Shown: positions 1 through 11,872 of the stretch, piece after piece | Layout of the letters: each line of letters begins with the position of its first letter | Numbering within the stretch: position 1 is the first letter of the stretch | Source of the DNA: Chiloscyllium plagiosum | Taxonomy: Eukaryota | Length of the DNA: 64,000 nucleotides | Direction: 5' to 3' | Assembly: GCF_004010195.1 (NCBI RefSeq) | Contig: NC_057711.1 | Location: 53,557,222-53,621,221, forward strand | The notes under the pieces: model-generated | Database searches by the model: none | What the model saw: the letters and a program-made list of their open reading frames with translations, nothing else | What the model was told of the DNA's origin: nothing | Made by a program: the position numbers and the translations under genes

Positions 1-1215
1 TCATACTGAAATATCAGAACTATATGATTAATGTTTTCTTTCTCTTGTTATTTCTTATCTCCCCCTCATAAGGCTTTTACATCATCAATCCAAGATCATT
101 TCTTGCTATTATACACCTTGCACCTTGCACCACCAAAGCAGTTCCCACCACCCTGACCTTCCTGACTGTTATTTCAAAAGGTCATATACCAAGTTCCCAG
201 TTTTAATCTCTTTTTAACTGGACCTCCATAATGGCTGTAAGATCATACCCATTTATCTCCATACCAATAACTCACTTTTTTAATGAATGCTACATGTATT
301 TAAGTATTTTGTGTTTTTTGTTAATTTTGTGTTTTTACAATTTTGCTCTCCCTTTGACCCTGTTTGCATCTTTAAAAATACTGGCACACTCTATCCCTTC
401 CTGTACCACTCTGCATTTTATTATTAAATTAGTTGAATGCCACCATATCATTTTGCTTTGTAAGCGTTTGTATCACCCTTCCCAAAGTCTTCCTCCTTCT
501 TGGAAAAATATCAGCGTCATTGGGTCAAAATCCTGAAATTCTTTTCCTAATAGCATTGTGGGTCCATTAACACCAAATGGACAGCAGCAGATTAAGAAGG
601 CAGCTTCTCAAAGGCAATTAGGAAAAGGCAATGAATCCAGTCAATGAAGCTCACTTTCTCAGAATGAATTTTTTTAAATGTTGTTCGATCTCCTAGCCCT
701 AGGGACACCCTGACATGAAACATTTTGATCATTTGTCGCAGGTCCCTTCTCATTTTTCATCTATTTGTAATTGAGGGAAATTAGCAGAGACAAAAAAACT
801 GCAGATACTGGAATCCAAAGTAGACAAACATGAGGTTGGAAGCACTCAGTAAGCAGCCAGCGTCAGAAGGTAGAAAAGTCAATGTTTCAGGTTATTAATC
901 CCTTTTGGGATTACTTCTAGAGTTGTTAGATTAAAAAGTAGTGAAGATGTTCTAAACCTGTATCAGTTGGTTTCTCCACATATGCAATATCGCAAGCAGT
1001 TCTATTTATTATACAATAACAAGGAACTGAAGAGAATGAAGGAGATTTACAAGGATGATAGCAGTAATGTGTAGGTATACAAATGGAATAGTTAACAGGC
1101 TGGACATGTTTGCTCAGGAAAAAATGTTATAGTGTGATTTAATACATATAAGATAAAATTATGAATTATCTTTCTGGTTGGTGACAAAAAGGATGATTTC
1201 TCTCCTGGGGAAGAG

Positions 1216-1443
1216 TTGATAAAGAGTGGAGCTGGAAAAAGCATAGCAGGTTAAGCAACATCAGAGGAGAAGGGGGGTCAACGTTTCAGATCGGAACCTT
1301 TTATCAGGATCTGACGACATTTTCTGACCTGAAACATTGACTCCCCTTGTCTACTGATGATGCTTGACCTGCTGTGCTTTTTCCAGCGCCACTTTTTACC
1401 CACTCTTATCCTCTAGCTTCTGCAGTTCCCACTATCTCCAAGA
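1216..1443. mobile_element. Older Penelope-like fold-back insertion with two decayed hammerhead cores
   Basis: Imperfect ~75-bp inverted arms (1222-1296 / 1322-1396); decayed CTGAYRA...GAAAC motifs on opposite strands; flanked by TCCTGGGGAAGAG (1203-1215) / TCCTGAGGAAGAG (1444-1456). Confidence 0.7.
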
Positions 1444-1456
1444 TCCTGAGGAAGAG

Positions 1457-1569
1457 GAGAAAGTGAGGTCTGCAGATGCTGGAGATCAGAGCTGAAAATG
1501 TGTTGCTGGATTCCTGAAGAAGGGCTTATGCCCGAAACGTCGATTCTCCTGTTCCCTGGATGCTGCCTG
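1457..1569 (+). mobile_element. 113-bp Penelope-like mini-insertion with hammerhead core
   Basis: Flanked by perfect 13-bp direct repeat TCCTGAGGAAGAG (1444-1456, 1570-1582); contains CTGAAGA-a-GGGC-ttat-GCCC-GAAA-cGTC at 1514-1541. Confidence 0.8.
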
Positions 1570-2219
1570 TCCTGAGGAAGAGCCCAACTAGAGGCCATAG
1601 AGGCTACCAATATAAAATCCAATGGGTAATTCATAAGAAATGTTTTCATCCACAGATTGGTGAGAATGTGAATTCAATAGTATAGAGAGTGGCCAGAAGG
1701 AATAGTCAAGATCTATTTAAGGGAAAAGTAGACAAGTGTATGGAAGAGAAGGGAATAGATATTTGCAACAGTGGATTTAATGGAAGATGGAATAAGGCAC
1801 AGAACATTAAGACCATCTTCCAAAAGTGTTCATTCTACTTCTGAAATATTTACATGAAAATAACCATTTCAGAAAATGACATCTCTTTGAGTGTTGGTTG
1901 TTTGCAAATTACTTAAGATTTTATTGCAAGATCTCTGCACAAGCTGTCTTTCAAAGTAGTTAGCATATTGGCTTCCAATTAATACAATGTTTACATCAGT
2001 TCCTCTGCTTTTAATTTCACGTTTTCCGAGAACAGAAAGATACTCAAATATTCAAAACACCTTCTACTCATCAGGCCAATATTCAAGAATGGTAATGTGA
2101 TGGGAACAGCAAAAAAAAAATCAGCATCCACTTTTCCAACCAATCAGCAGATGTTTCTCATCCAATATAAAAATGCTGTTCTCTTTTACATTGATATTTC
2201 TGAGAGTATGCTTGAGAGT

Positions 2220-2515
2220 GGGCGGCATGGTGGCACAGTGGTTAGCGCTGCTGCCTCACAGGGCCAGAGACCTGGGTTCAGTTCCTGCCTCAGGTGACTG
2301 ACTGTGTGGAGTTTGCACATTCTCCCTGTGTTTGCATGGGTTTGCTCCAGTTTCCTCCCACAATCCAAAGATGAGCAGGTTAGGTGAATTGGCCATGCTA
2401 AATTGCCCGTAGTGTTAGGTGAAGGGGTAAACGTAAGGGAATGGGTGGGTTGCGGGTCGGTGTGGAATGTTGGGCCAAAAGGCCTGTTTCCACGCTGTAA
2501 GTAATCTAAAAAAAA
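2220..2515 (+). mobile_element. HE1-like tRNA-derived SINE, full length
   Basis: A box TGGCACAGTGG, B box GGTTCAGTTCC, central GTGTGGAGTTTGCACATTCTCCC, CR1-like tail GGGCCTGTTTCCAC-type ending TAATCTAAAA. Confidence 0.9.
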
Positions 2516-4720
2516 GTGCAAAATGAAAAGGTTTGATAAAATTGTTCACATTGTTGAGTACATTAAATGTAAACTCAGGCAGATCCAAGGAAGGGCTCAA
2601 GCAGCTGAAGAAACAGTATTGTGTATATTGGGCTCTAAGCTTGATATATAGAAAGTCATAAATACATATACAGCATGTGTTTCCTATTGCTGGTTCTAAA
2701 TTTTAAATTTTAAATGCTCTGCGATTGATGAAATTGGTGCCACACTAGTTTATGGATTTTATCATCACTGGATGACAGGAACATGGTTCAAAAAGGATGG
2801 TAGTTGCTTTTAAAACTACAAATAGCTTTTGTTTCAGAAATATGGGATTCATTCATACAGACTCCTTTGTTAATCTCTATGTGCCACATTGAGAGTTTTT
2901 GGGGAGATCAAATCTAAACAACGTACTGCATTACTTACCTGTATCTTGCCATTCGATCAGTAACCAAATATTATAGATGACAGTAGGATTATAAATCTCA
3001 ACTAACACAATGCTGGTGCTCAAAGGAATTCGTCTGCAATATTAATGCCAGATTTTCAATTAATAGTTGCAAAGGAACCTATATTATGACTACAATGAGT
3101 TCTGTCTTCTGATACACCATATGAAACTAATTATAAAGAAAAAATGGTTCTTGATATTCACCAAGGTGAATCTAATGGGTGTAGCTCTACATAATTCTTA
3201 TGGTACCAGAACTCAATGCTTAGATTGAGTGGAAAATGAAAAATAGAAACATAGGAAACCAAATAACTTCTTCAATTAAATCCTATTAAAGTTTTCTGCA
3301 GTCGGCAAAATGTTTAACTTCTGCTCTGATGTTTGAAGATTACAAAACAGCTTTACACAGTTTGAAAAACAGCTTTTTGAAATTGCTAAGGTTTTTCCTG
3401 TACACAAAAAGTAGGTCAGTTTAAATCAGCCAATTACCACATCATCAGACTACTCTTGATCATCAGTAATGTGATGGAAGGGATCATCAACAATGTTGTC
3501 AAGCAGTGCTTAGCAATACTCTGCTCACTCACAATCAGTTTGGGTTCTGCCAGGGTCACTGAGATCCTGATCTCATTACTTAGATTAAATGTGGTGAAAA
3601 GAACAGGACTCCAGCGATGGGGTGAGAGTGACTGCCTTTGACATCAAAGCTGAAAATGTGTTGCTGGAAAAGCGCAGCAGGTCAGGCAGCATCCAAGGAG
3701 CAGGACCTGCATGCTGTTGTTTTCATTTATCAATATTAACTTATTTGCTAGAAATTAGGTCAGAACTGTTAGATTGTAGTTTATCTAACAAATTTACATG
3801 CATATTATTATCTCATTAAAATAAATGACAATGTACAGTTTAAAATAATACAGGTCTTGTACTGGTCAATTTATTTTTTGCTTTTAAAAATTACTGCAGT
3901 GTTTGTAAATTAAAAGATACGACTATTAATGAAAATGCAGTAATGGAAAATTCTGTCTGCATTCAGTAAATTGCAAATGCATACTTCATCATGTGCACTA
4001 CAAGGATTAGTCACAGAAAAATACCATAAACGTAATTTATGGCATACCCCTAAGTGTTAGCCAAAGTGTGGTCCCAAATAATTATATAACAATTATCCCT
4101 GTGAGTTTTAGAGAGGTACAATATATTAAGTAGGCAGAAGCTGTCATCATAAAATTAACAACCTTCTGTAGCTTCCTTTTATTTGTGTTAAATGTTTTAT
4201 ATTTCATAGTATAATTGGTTTAAAATCAATTTCATTGATTTAACACATTCAGCTCAGGCCACAAGCAGAGCTAACTATACATAAAATAGCATTCAGACTT
4301 CTTTGAAATAAAAGCACTTTTAGTTTCATAACGGCTACTTCTTGCTATCATAGAGCCAGTAAGATCCAGGAGATAAAACAAAACTATAAAATGTTATCTT
4401 TATTGTATGCAAAGCTCCAGTTCAGAATAATTAACTTAGAAAATAGCAGAAGTAAGAACATGATGAAACAAGAAACATAATGATATCTGTTTTTATGTAA
4501 TAATTAAAAATCAATTGTATTTTTGAGTTATTCATTATTTTAAATATTTAATATTATCGTGGTATAAATATACATAATTTACAAAGAGACATGCAAACTT
4601 ACAAAGCATTTCGTGAACCTGTAAACATGCTAAAGTAATTTAAAATTTTGGATTGGTATATGAAAATACAACAATAGATTTATAGAATAATTTTTCAAAT
4701 CCTTTATAAAGATGACTCAC

Positions 4721-4802
4721 AATCTTTAAAGATAAACGTTGGATTTTTGTCAGGTAGCAATGAACAAATTGTATCTTGCAGAGATTTCATTCCATTATCC
4801 AT
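4721..4802 (-). CDS. LIX1: LIX1 (limb expression 1) first coding exon; rest of gene lies left of the window
   Basis: AAG-ATG-G start, MDNGMKSLQDTICSLLPDKNPTFIFKD plus 1 nt, then donor GTGAGT. Aligns without gaps to the 27-aa LIX1 N-terminus as recalled ([27 protein letters not shown]). Same strand as and downstream of RIOK2, as in other vertebrates. Confidence 0.85.
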
Positions 4803-6050
4803 CTTGAGTCTGTCTTCTCCTGGTTACATTCATGCAGTTCCCTGATACATGAATTACTCCAGCTCTGTACAGTGGTGTTGTGGAGGTCTAATAATGCAGC
4901 GTGGACCAGTAAGGTTTGTTTTACACATCTGCCAATCAGACACTGAATATTCTGAAAAGTCAACCAGAGGGGACCTTATCCCTGACTTACTTGCCTTTGA
5001 AATATAGTGAGCTAAATAGCTATATGATTGCCTGACAACTGCAATTTTTACTGTTTTATCCTACTTGATCTACATATTCACTGACAAACATCTAACCTTG
5101 TAAAGAAATGTGTCAGACCCAGTAGTCAAAGATTTTAGTTCTTTCATCATTTGAAGTACAGATATTTGTTTAATTATGGGGAGCTGAACATCTGTCTGAT
5201 TATGGTTGTCAGGAAAGTTAACAACAAACCTTTGTGCCTGCAAGAAAGAAATGGGATGAATTTAACATAAACTAGAAATATAATTGAGTCTCATCTGTAA
5301 CTTTGAGTCAGAAAATGTGCAGTGTATTTTCAGTTACATCAAGGTCAAAACTAGGCAGGGAATTATTTGCCTTTACCAAAGTAAGTCACTTCTCTTTCAT
5401 TGGCTGCCTTCTTGGTGGAAAAGTTGTTGCTAATCGGGATGAAAGTATAAACAGCATGGATCACCTCCATTTCATTCTGCACTCATCAAACCTCCTGAAC
5501 TCAATCCAGAGTGAATTGTTTTTCAAGTCTTTTCACCCATGTCTCAAAGTATAACATGACCTCAACTTTAAAACTTCACATCCTGACTGAGGGCTTAGAA
5601 TTTTCATGATTATCATCCTAAGTTGATTTGACATCAGTAAACTTTTGAACAGTTGAAATTTTTATTCATGTAACCTCTACATTATTTTTGAGGTCGACTA
5701 CTAAGACACAAGTTTAGAGAAATAAAAATAAAGCACCATATTTAGTTCAAAGTTTAATATGAATAGGATTAATTTCTGATTTTATTTCTTTAATTTCCAA
5801 GCAGAAATGTTACTGTGATTAGTCTACATAAACGTCATAAAAGTATTACATTTTATTTTTAAAAGTGCAATGACATTGCTGATGTTGGTAATCAATTATG
5901 AAATAATATTGATTCTTTCAGAGATCATCAACCTAAATGTTAACTCTATTCCTCTCTTCACAGATGCTGAAAGGCATAATGTGTGTTTCTGGCATTTTCT
6001 ATTTTAATTTTCTGTTTGCAGTTACGAACAGCTGCTCTTAAATTCACTAT

Positions 6051-6748
6051 TAGTTACAACACTGGGCACTATAAGTCAACCCACCTCAAAATATATTCAG
6101 AAGATAGTGCAGAGCCTAACATTTTCTTATTTTAAAGATTAGTGGAAGGCATTGAGTTCCAGATGCAATTCAATTGGTCAAACTATTTGTTGTTAAGCAA
6201 AACACACTTTATTTTTTACACTGCAGTTAAAATACCGACAAAATAAAAATAAAAGAGTTGGCTTAACTGTAACTCTATCAAAATGCGTAATAAAATAATA
6301 TATATATTATATATATACATATAAATATAAACTACTACTAATTAACTAAAATTAACTAGTTATAGTTCAAATATAGTAACATCCCATAAACACACCCTTG
6401 GCAAAGACAAATTCAGTAAAATAATACGTCTCACATGCAATTCTAGCAGCAGGAAGAAAACCTCAGCCTTTAGTTGTAACAGAGAGAGGAATAAGAACTT
6501 TCATATCCAGCTTCAAGACCTTAACAACTGTAGAAAGCTAAAACTCTAACTCTGGGTTCTATGGGAGTTTGACCCCACCCATTCAGGCTGCTTCTATTCT
6601 TCCAATTTAAAAGAAAACCTCAAGGCCTTACAAGCTGTTTACTCTATTGAGTAGAGTAGAGTTGGCTGCTCACTCCATCTATCTCAAGCTGCCTTCATAA
6701 AAGGAACAGGCAAAACTTACCTCTTAATGCCATAGTATCATCATAACA
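6051..6748 (-). mobile_element. Possible solo LTR
   Basis: Minus strand begins TGTTATGATGAT like the 25580 LTR and ends GTTGTAAC; similar ~0.7 kb length; no clear TSD. Confidence 0.4.
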
Positions 6749-7012
6749 GATATTGCCGTGGGAATGTAATGATTATTCTCAATAGAGAATGCCTTAGCTG
6801 TTGCACAACATAACAAGATTATAATCCAGTCTTTCAGAATGCCGAAGTAAGTAAAAAAAAGGTCTAAAATAATGTGTGTTTAGAATATGTATGTTGGTTC
6901 TATCAATTAGAATTAACCTTTGATTTAAAACTGAACCTCAAGTTTAAACTAAAGTTTAGGTATTCATGATGTAAAAGACCTTTTCAGTACTGATGTTGCA
7001 AGTAGAGTTTAA

Positions 7013-7288
7013 TTGATTACTTACAGTGAGAAAACAGGCCCTTTGGCCCAACAAGCCCACACCGGCCCTCCGAAGAGCAACCCACCCAGACCCTTTCACC
7101 TAACTCTACGGGCAATTTAGCATGGCCAATTCACCTAACCTGCACATCTTTGGACTGTGGGAGGAAACCAGAGCACCCGGAGGAGAATGTGCAAACTCCA
7201 CACAGACAGTTGCCTGAGGTGGAAATTGAACCCTGGTCTCTGGAGCTGTGAGGCAGCAGTGCTAACGACTGTGCCACCGTACCGCCCC
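7013..7288 (-). mobile_element. HE1-like SINE
   Basis: Reverse complement of the 2220 family, with a short internal deletion. Confidence 0.9.
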
Positions 7289-7770
7289 GTGCCTTCCCAT
7301 TAAAGGGAAGTGCAAGGTACAATGGGATGAGGTCCTTTAAGGATCATTAATTGCATCTTCAGAGCATCAACTGGCAGCCTCACTGGAGATTTGTCCAAGT
7401 CCTCCCTCTTTTTAACTTCAGTAGGAGGCAGGAAGGTAGTGGGTTTCAGGCACATGGGATGACAATAAATTCCAGCCTCAAAATACTTAAGGACATATTG
7501 AACTTTTAACTACAAGTTATTCTGTTTTCTAAAAAAATGGCTGTATGTAGAATCATAGAATCCATACAGTTGGGAAGCAGGCCATTCAGCCCATTGAGTC
7601 CACGCTGTCTCTCAGAGATCTCTGAATGTCTCACCTAGAAGTCCACAAAGGAATTTCAGAGAAGCACTTCAAAGGAAAAGATACAATGCAAAACCCTAAA
7701 CCACGTCCTATGAATTACATCCCCAGACTATGAACATAATGTGAGGTAAATAAATGCAGTCTGTATACAT

Positions 7771-9420
7771 CCAGGGAAGTTATTTGGGTGGAACTGAGAA
7801 ATAAGAAAGGGATGATCACCTTATTGGGATTGTATTATAGATCCTCTAATAGTCAGAGGGAAATTGAGAAACAAACTTGTAAGAGGATCTCAGCTATCTG
7901 TAAGAATAATAGGGTAGTTATGATAGGGAATTTTAACTTACCAAACATCAATTGGGACTGCCATAGTGTTAAAGGTTTAGATGGAGAGGAATTTCTTAAG
8001 TACGTGCAAGACAATTTTCTGATTCAGTATGTGGATGTACCTACTAGAGAAGGTGCAAAACGTGGCCTACTCTTGGGAAATAAGGCAGGGCAGGTGACTG
8101 AGGTGTCAGTGGGGGAGCACTTTGGGGCCAGCGACCATAATTCTATTCGTTCTAAAATCGTGATGGAAAGGATAGACCAGATCCAGAAGTTGAAGTTCTA
8201 AATAGGAAAAAGGCCAATTTTGACTGTATTAGGCAAGAACTTTCGAAAGCTGACTGGGGGCAGATGTTCGCAGATAAAGGTACAGCTGGAAAATGGGAAG
8301 CCTTCAGAAATGAGATAACAAGAATCCAGAGAAAGTATATTCTTGTCAGGGTGAAAGGGAAGGCTGGTTGGTATAGGGAATGCTGGATGACTAAAGAAAT
8401 TGAGGGTTTGGTTAAGAAAAAGAAGGAAGCATATGTCAGGTATAGACAGGATAGATCGAGTGAATCCTTAGAAGAGTATAAAGAAAGTAGGAGTATACTT
8501 AAGAGGGAAATCAGGAAGACAAAAACGGGACATGAGATAGTTTTGGCAAATAGAGTTAAGGAGAATCCAAAGGGTTTTACAAATATATTAAGGATAAAAG
8601 GTTAACTATGGAGTGAATAGGGCCCCCCAAAGATCAGCAAGGCGGCCTTTGTGTGGAGCCACAGAAAATGGGGGAGATACTAAATGAATATTTTGCATCA
8701 GTATTTACTGTGGAAAAGGATATGGAAGATATAGACTGTAGGGAAATAGATGGTGACATCTTGCAAAATGTCTAGGTTACAGAGGAGGAAGTGCTGGATG
8801 TCTTGAAATGGTTAAAGGTGGATTAATCCCCAGGACATGATCAGGTATACCCGAGAATTCTGTGGGAAGCTAGAGAAGTGATTGCTGGGCCTCTTGCTGA
8901 AGTATTTGTATCATTGATAGTCACAGGTGAGGTGCCGGAAGACTGGAGGTTGGCAAACGTGGTGCCACTGTTTAAGAAGGGCAGTAAAGACAAGCCAGGG
9001 AACTACAGACCAGTGAGCCTGACCTCAGTAGTGGGTACGTTGTTGGAGGGAATCCTGAGTGACAGGATGTATATGTATTTGGAAAGGCATGGACTGATTA
9101 GGAATAGTCAACATGGCTTTGTGCGTGGGAAATCATGTCTCACAAACTTGATTGAGCTTTTTGAAGAAGTAACAAAGAAGATTGATGAGCTCAGAGCAGT
9201 AGATGTGATCTATATGGATTTCAGTAAGGCATTCGACAAGGTTCCCCATGGGAGACTGGTTAGCAAGGTTAGATCTCATGGAATACAGGGAGAACTAGCC
9301 ATTTGGATACAGAACTGGCTCAAAGGTAGAAGACAGAGGGTTTTTTTCAGACTGGAGGCCTGTGACGTGCCACAAGGATCGATGCTGGGTTCTCTACTTT
9401 TTGTCATTTACATAAATGAT
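7771..9420 (+). mobile_element. CR1-clade (HER1-like) LINE ORF2 fragment: AP endonuclease, linker and RT, running into an assembly gap
   Basis: ORFs 7788..8201 (GNFNLPNINW, SDHNSI), 8264..8605 and 8878.. (PGNYRPVSLTS, QHGF, YMDFSKAFDKVPH, VPQGS); frameshifted. Confidence 0.93.
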
Positions 9421-11182
9421 NNNNNNNNNNNNNNNNNNNNNNNNNNNNNNNNNNNNNNNNNNNNNNNNNNNNNNNNNNNNNNNNNNNNNNNNNNNNNNNN
9501 NNNNNNNNNNNNNNNNNNNNNNNNNNNNNNNNNNNNNNNNNNNNNNNNNNNNNNNNNNNNNNNNNNNNNNNNNNNNNNNNNNNNNNNNNNNNNNNNNNNN
9601 NNNNNNNNNNNNNNNNNNNNNNNNNNNNNNNNNNNNNNNNNNNNNNNNNNNNNNNNNNNNNNNNNNNNNNNNNNNNNNNNNNNNNNNNNNNNNNNNNNNN
9701 NNNNNNNNNNNNNNNNNNNNNNNNNNNNNNNNNNNNNNNNNNNNNNNNNNNNNNNNNNNNNNNNNNNNNNNNNNNNNNNNNNNNNNNNNNNNNNNNNNNN
9801 NNNNNNNNNNNNNNNNNNNNNNNNNNNNNNNNNNNNNNNNNNNNNNNNNNNNNNNNNNNNNNNNNNNNNNNNNNNNNNNNNNNNNNNNNNNNNNNNNNNN
9901 NNNNNNNNNNNNNNNNNNNNACATACACATGTTACCATCTCACCTCTTCAAATGCCTTACCCATCTTCAAACAGGCAATGAGAGAAGCCATGAAGTTCTA
10001 GAGAGAGATACAAATCTTTGAAGGTGTCATGATAGGTTAACACAAAGCAGTTAATAAAGTATGAAATCTGGGACTCTATAAATAGAGGCTTACAGGCACA
10101 ATTTGAACTGAATTGTCCTCACCCAGGAAGTGGGTCAGTCTAATGGTAAGAAGTAGCACCCACATATTGTAGACTTTAACTTCAACAAGTGTCACTGATG
10201 TCACTAGATTCTTCCCTGTTCAGACACCAGCTGAGCCTTCACTCAGAGGGGAAACCAGCCAATGATGGCCATAGCAGCATTTAGTCTCTGCTGTGGAAAG
10301 AGTGCTGATGGGGTGGCCCAACAAGCATGAGTATCTTGGCTGATTAGTGAAGGGGATGGGGGTCAATGGTATAATGTCTGACAGTGTTTGAACTTAAGAA
10401 ATTACTAGAGAGATAAATGAGCAGAGGTATTGATTGGAGGAGGGGGTGGGCCTGATCCAGTCCAGGACAGGGATGGTTGATCTGAGTAGGTGAAAGAGGG
10501 AGTCTTGGTTGGGTAAACTATTGGTCCCAAATACAGGTTGGAGGCCTCATATTGGGACAACTAGAGGACTTGGGGCCATGTGGAAATTTGGAGACATCAG
10601 AAGACATTAGGATATTTAGGGTGAAAAAGATTGGTGAATGGATTGGAATCTGAGGGAAGAGGTCAGATGTTTCTCTGTGTGGGCCTGGTATTAGAAGTCT
10701 AGGAATAAAAATTGGAGGCTGGAGAATGTATAACTGGAGATTTTGAGAGATGTAAGGCTGGGTTTAGAGAACAGGTAGAAGGGAAGGGATTGGGCCCTGA
10801 GAATGGAGGAGGGTAGAGGTCTCTTGGTGAGGATGGGGTTTTAGAGGACTTGGGGGTGTGGAGTTTTCAAAGTTCTGGCAGAGTTTGGTGTCTTAGAATT
10901 GGGGAAGTCAAGGGTCTGGTTGGGTGTGTTGAATCAGAGGCCTGGCAATGAAATTCGAAGGTCACTGTGGGATTACTGTGGGTGCGTGTGAGGCTGTACA
11001 AGGGGCTGCTAGAGACAGGTCACTTCACAGAAGCAGCAATCAGGCCCCACAGATCAAGGATCTCCTGATTCCACCAAATCCCTATCTTGAGGAAGCTGCT
11101 GGGATTATCTGACATTCAGGAAACCAGCTGACAGTGCTGAAAGCTTCAAACGTGAATTAAAATTGGGACCACAATCTCACAG

Positions 11183-11323
11183 AGAGAAAGTGAGGACGGT
11201 AGATGCTGGAGATCAGAGTCCTCTACAGACTCATTCCTGATGAAGGGCTTGTGCCCGAAACATCGATTCTCCTACTCCTCAGGTGCTGCCTGCCCTGCTG
11301 TGCTTTTCCAGCACCATACTCCC
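11183..11323 (+). mobile_element. 141-bp Penelope-like mini-insertion with hammerhead core
   Basis: Perfect 16-bp direct repeat GACCACAATCTCACAG (11167-11182, 11324-11339); core CTGATGA-a-GGGC-ttgt-GCCC-GAAA-cATC at 11237-11264; shares its first ~37 nt with the 1457 element. Confidence 0.8.
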
Positions 11324-11580
11324 GACCACAATCTCACAGTTATACTTCCAAGCTCCAAGCTTGGAAGCTCTGAATTCTTGCTTTAAGTTCCAAGCTCTCT
11401 CTTTAGAAATGCCATCCAGTTAATTACCTTTTGACCTCCTGGAATTGGAATCAGATTTGGTTGGGAAATGGAAATTTGAGGCTATCCTTTTACTCAACTC
11501 AAACCAACTCTTTTTTGTTTAACCTGAAAATCAACTCATGGAAGGCAAAAGCCAGGGAGTTATGGTAAACCTATAGTAAC

Positions 11581-11872
11581 TGTGGTATGGTTACTCAGTG
11601 GTATGCACTACTGCATCACAGTGGTAGGAATCCAGGTTTGATTCTTGCTTTGGTTGACTGTCTGGTGGAGCTTACATGTTCTCCCTGTGTCTATGTGGTT
11701 TTCCTTCGGGTGCTCTGCAGGCTAGGTGGATGGGCCATGGTAAGTTCTCCTTAATGTGCAGGTGGATTAGGCTTGGCAAATGCAGGATTATGGGGTTGGG
11801 TCGACACTCTATGAAGTGTCAGTACACACTTGATGGACCACAATGCCTTTTTCCACACTGTAGAGATTCTAT
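11581..11872 (+). mobile_element. Diverged HE1-like SINE
   Basis: Same layout as the 2220 copy with many substitutions. Confidence 0.75.

Larger units (their letters stand above)
900..1810 (+). mobile_element. Highly decayed CR1-type 3' end hosting the Penelope-like insertions
   Basis: Residual GAGATTTACAAGGATGAT, ACTAGAGGCCATA and TGGTGAGAATGTGAATTC motifs of CR1 tails, contiguous across the 1216-1582 insertions. Confidence 0.55.

Noticed and set aside
1203-1582. Repeat-spacer-repeat pattern as a CRISPR-like array
   Set aside because: Only three 13-bp repeats with 228- and 113-bp inserts in vertebrate DNA; explained as target-site duplications.
2220-2295. tRNA-like A/B boxes as a tRNA gene
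   Set aside because: Part of a multi-copy SINE head continuing into SINE body and tail; no full cloverleaf.
1-4720. LIX1 exon 2
   Set aside because: No NVV..LQEFWE-like frame with splice sites found by eye; presumably outside the window.
9394-10021. Long ORFs spanning N runs (also 13012-13558 and 44804-45538)
   Set aside because: Artefacts of translating assembly gaps as X.
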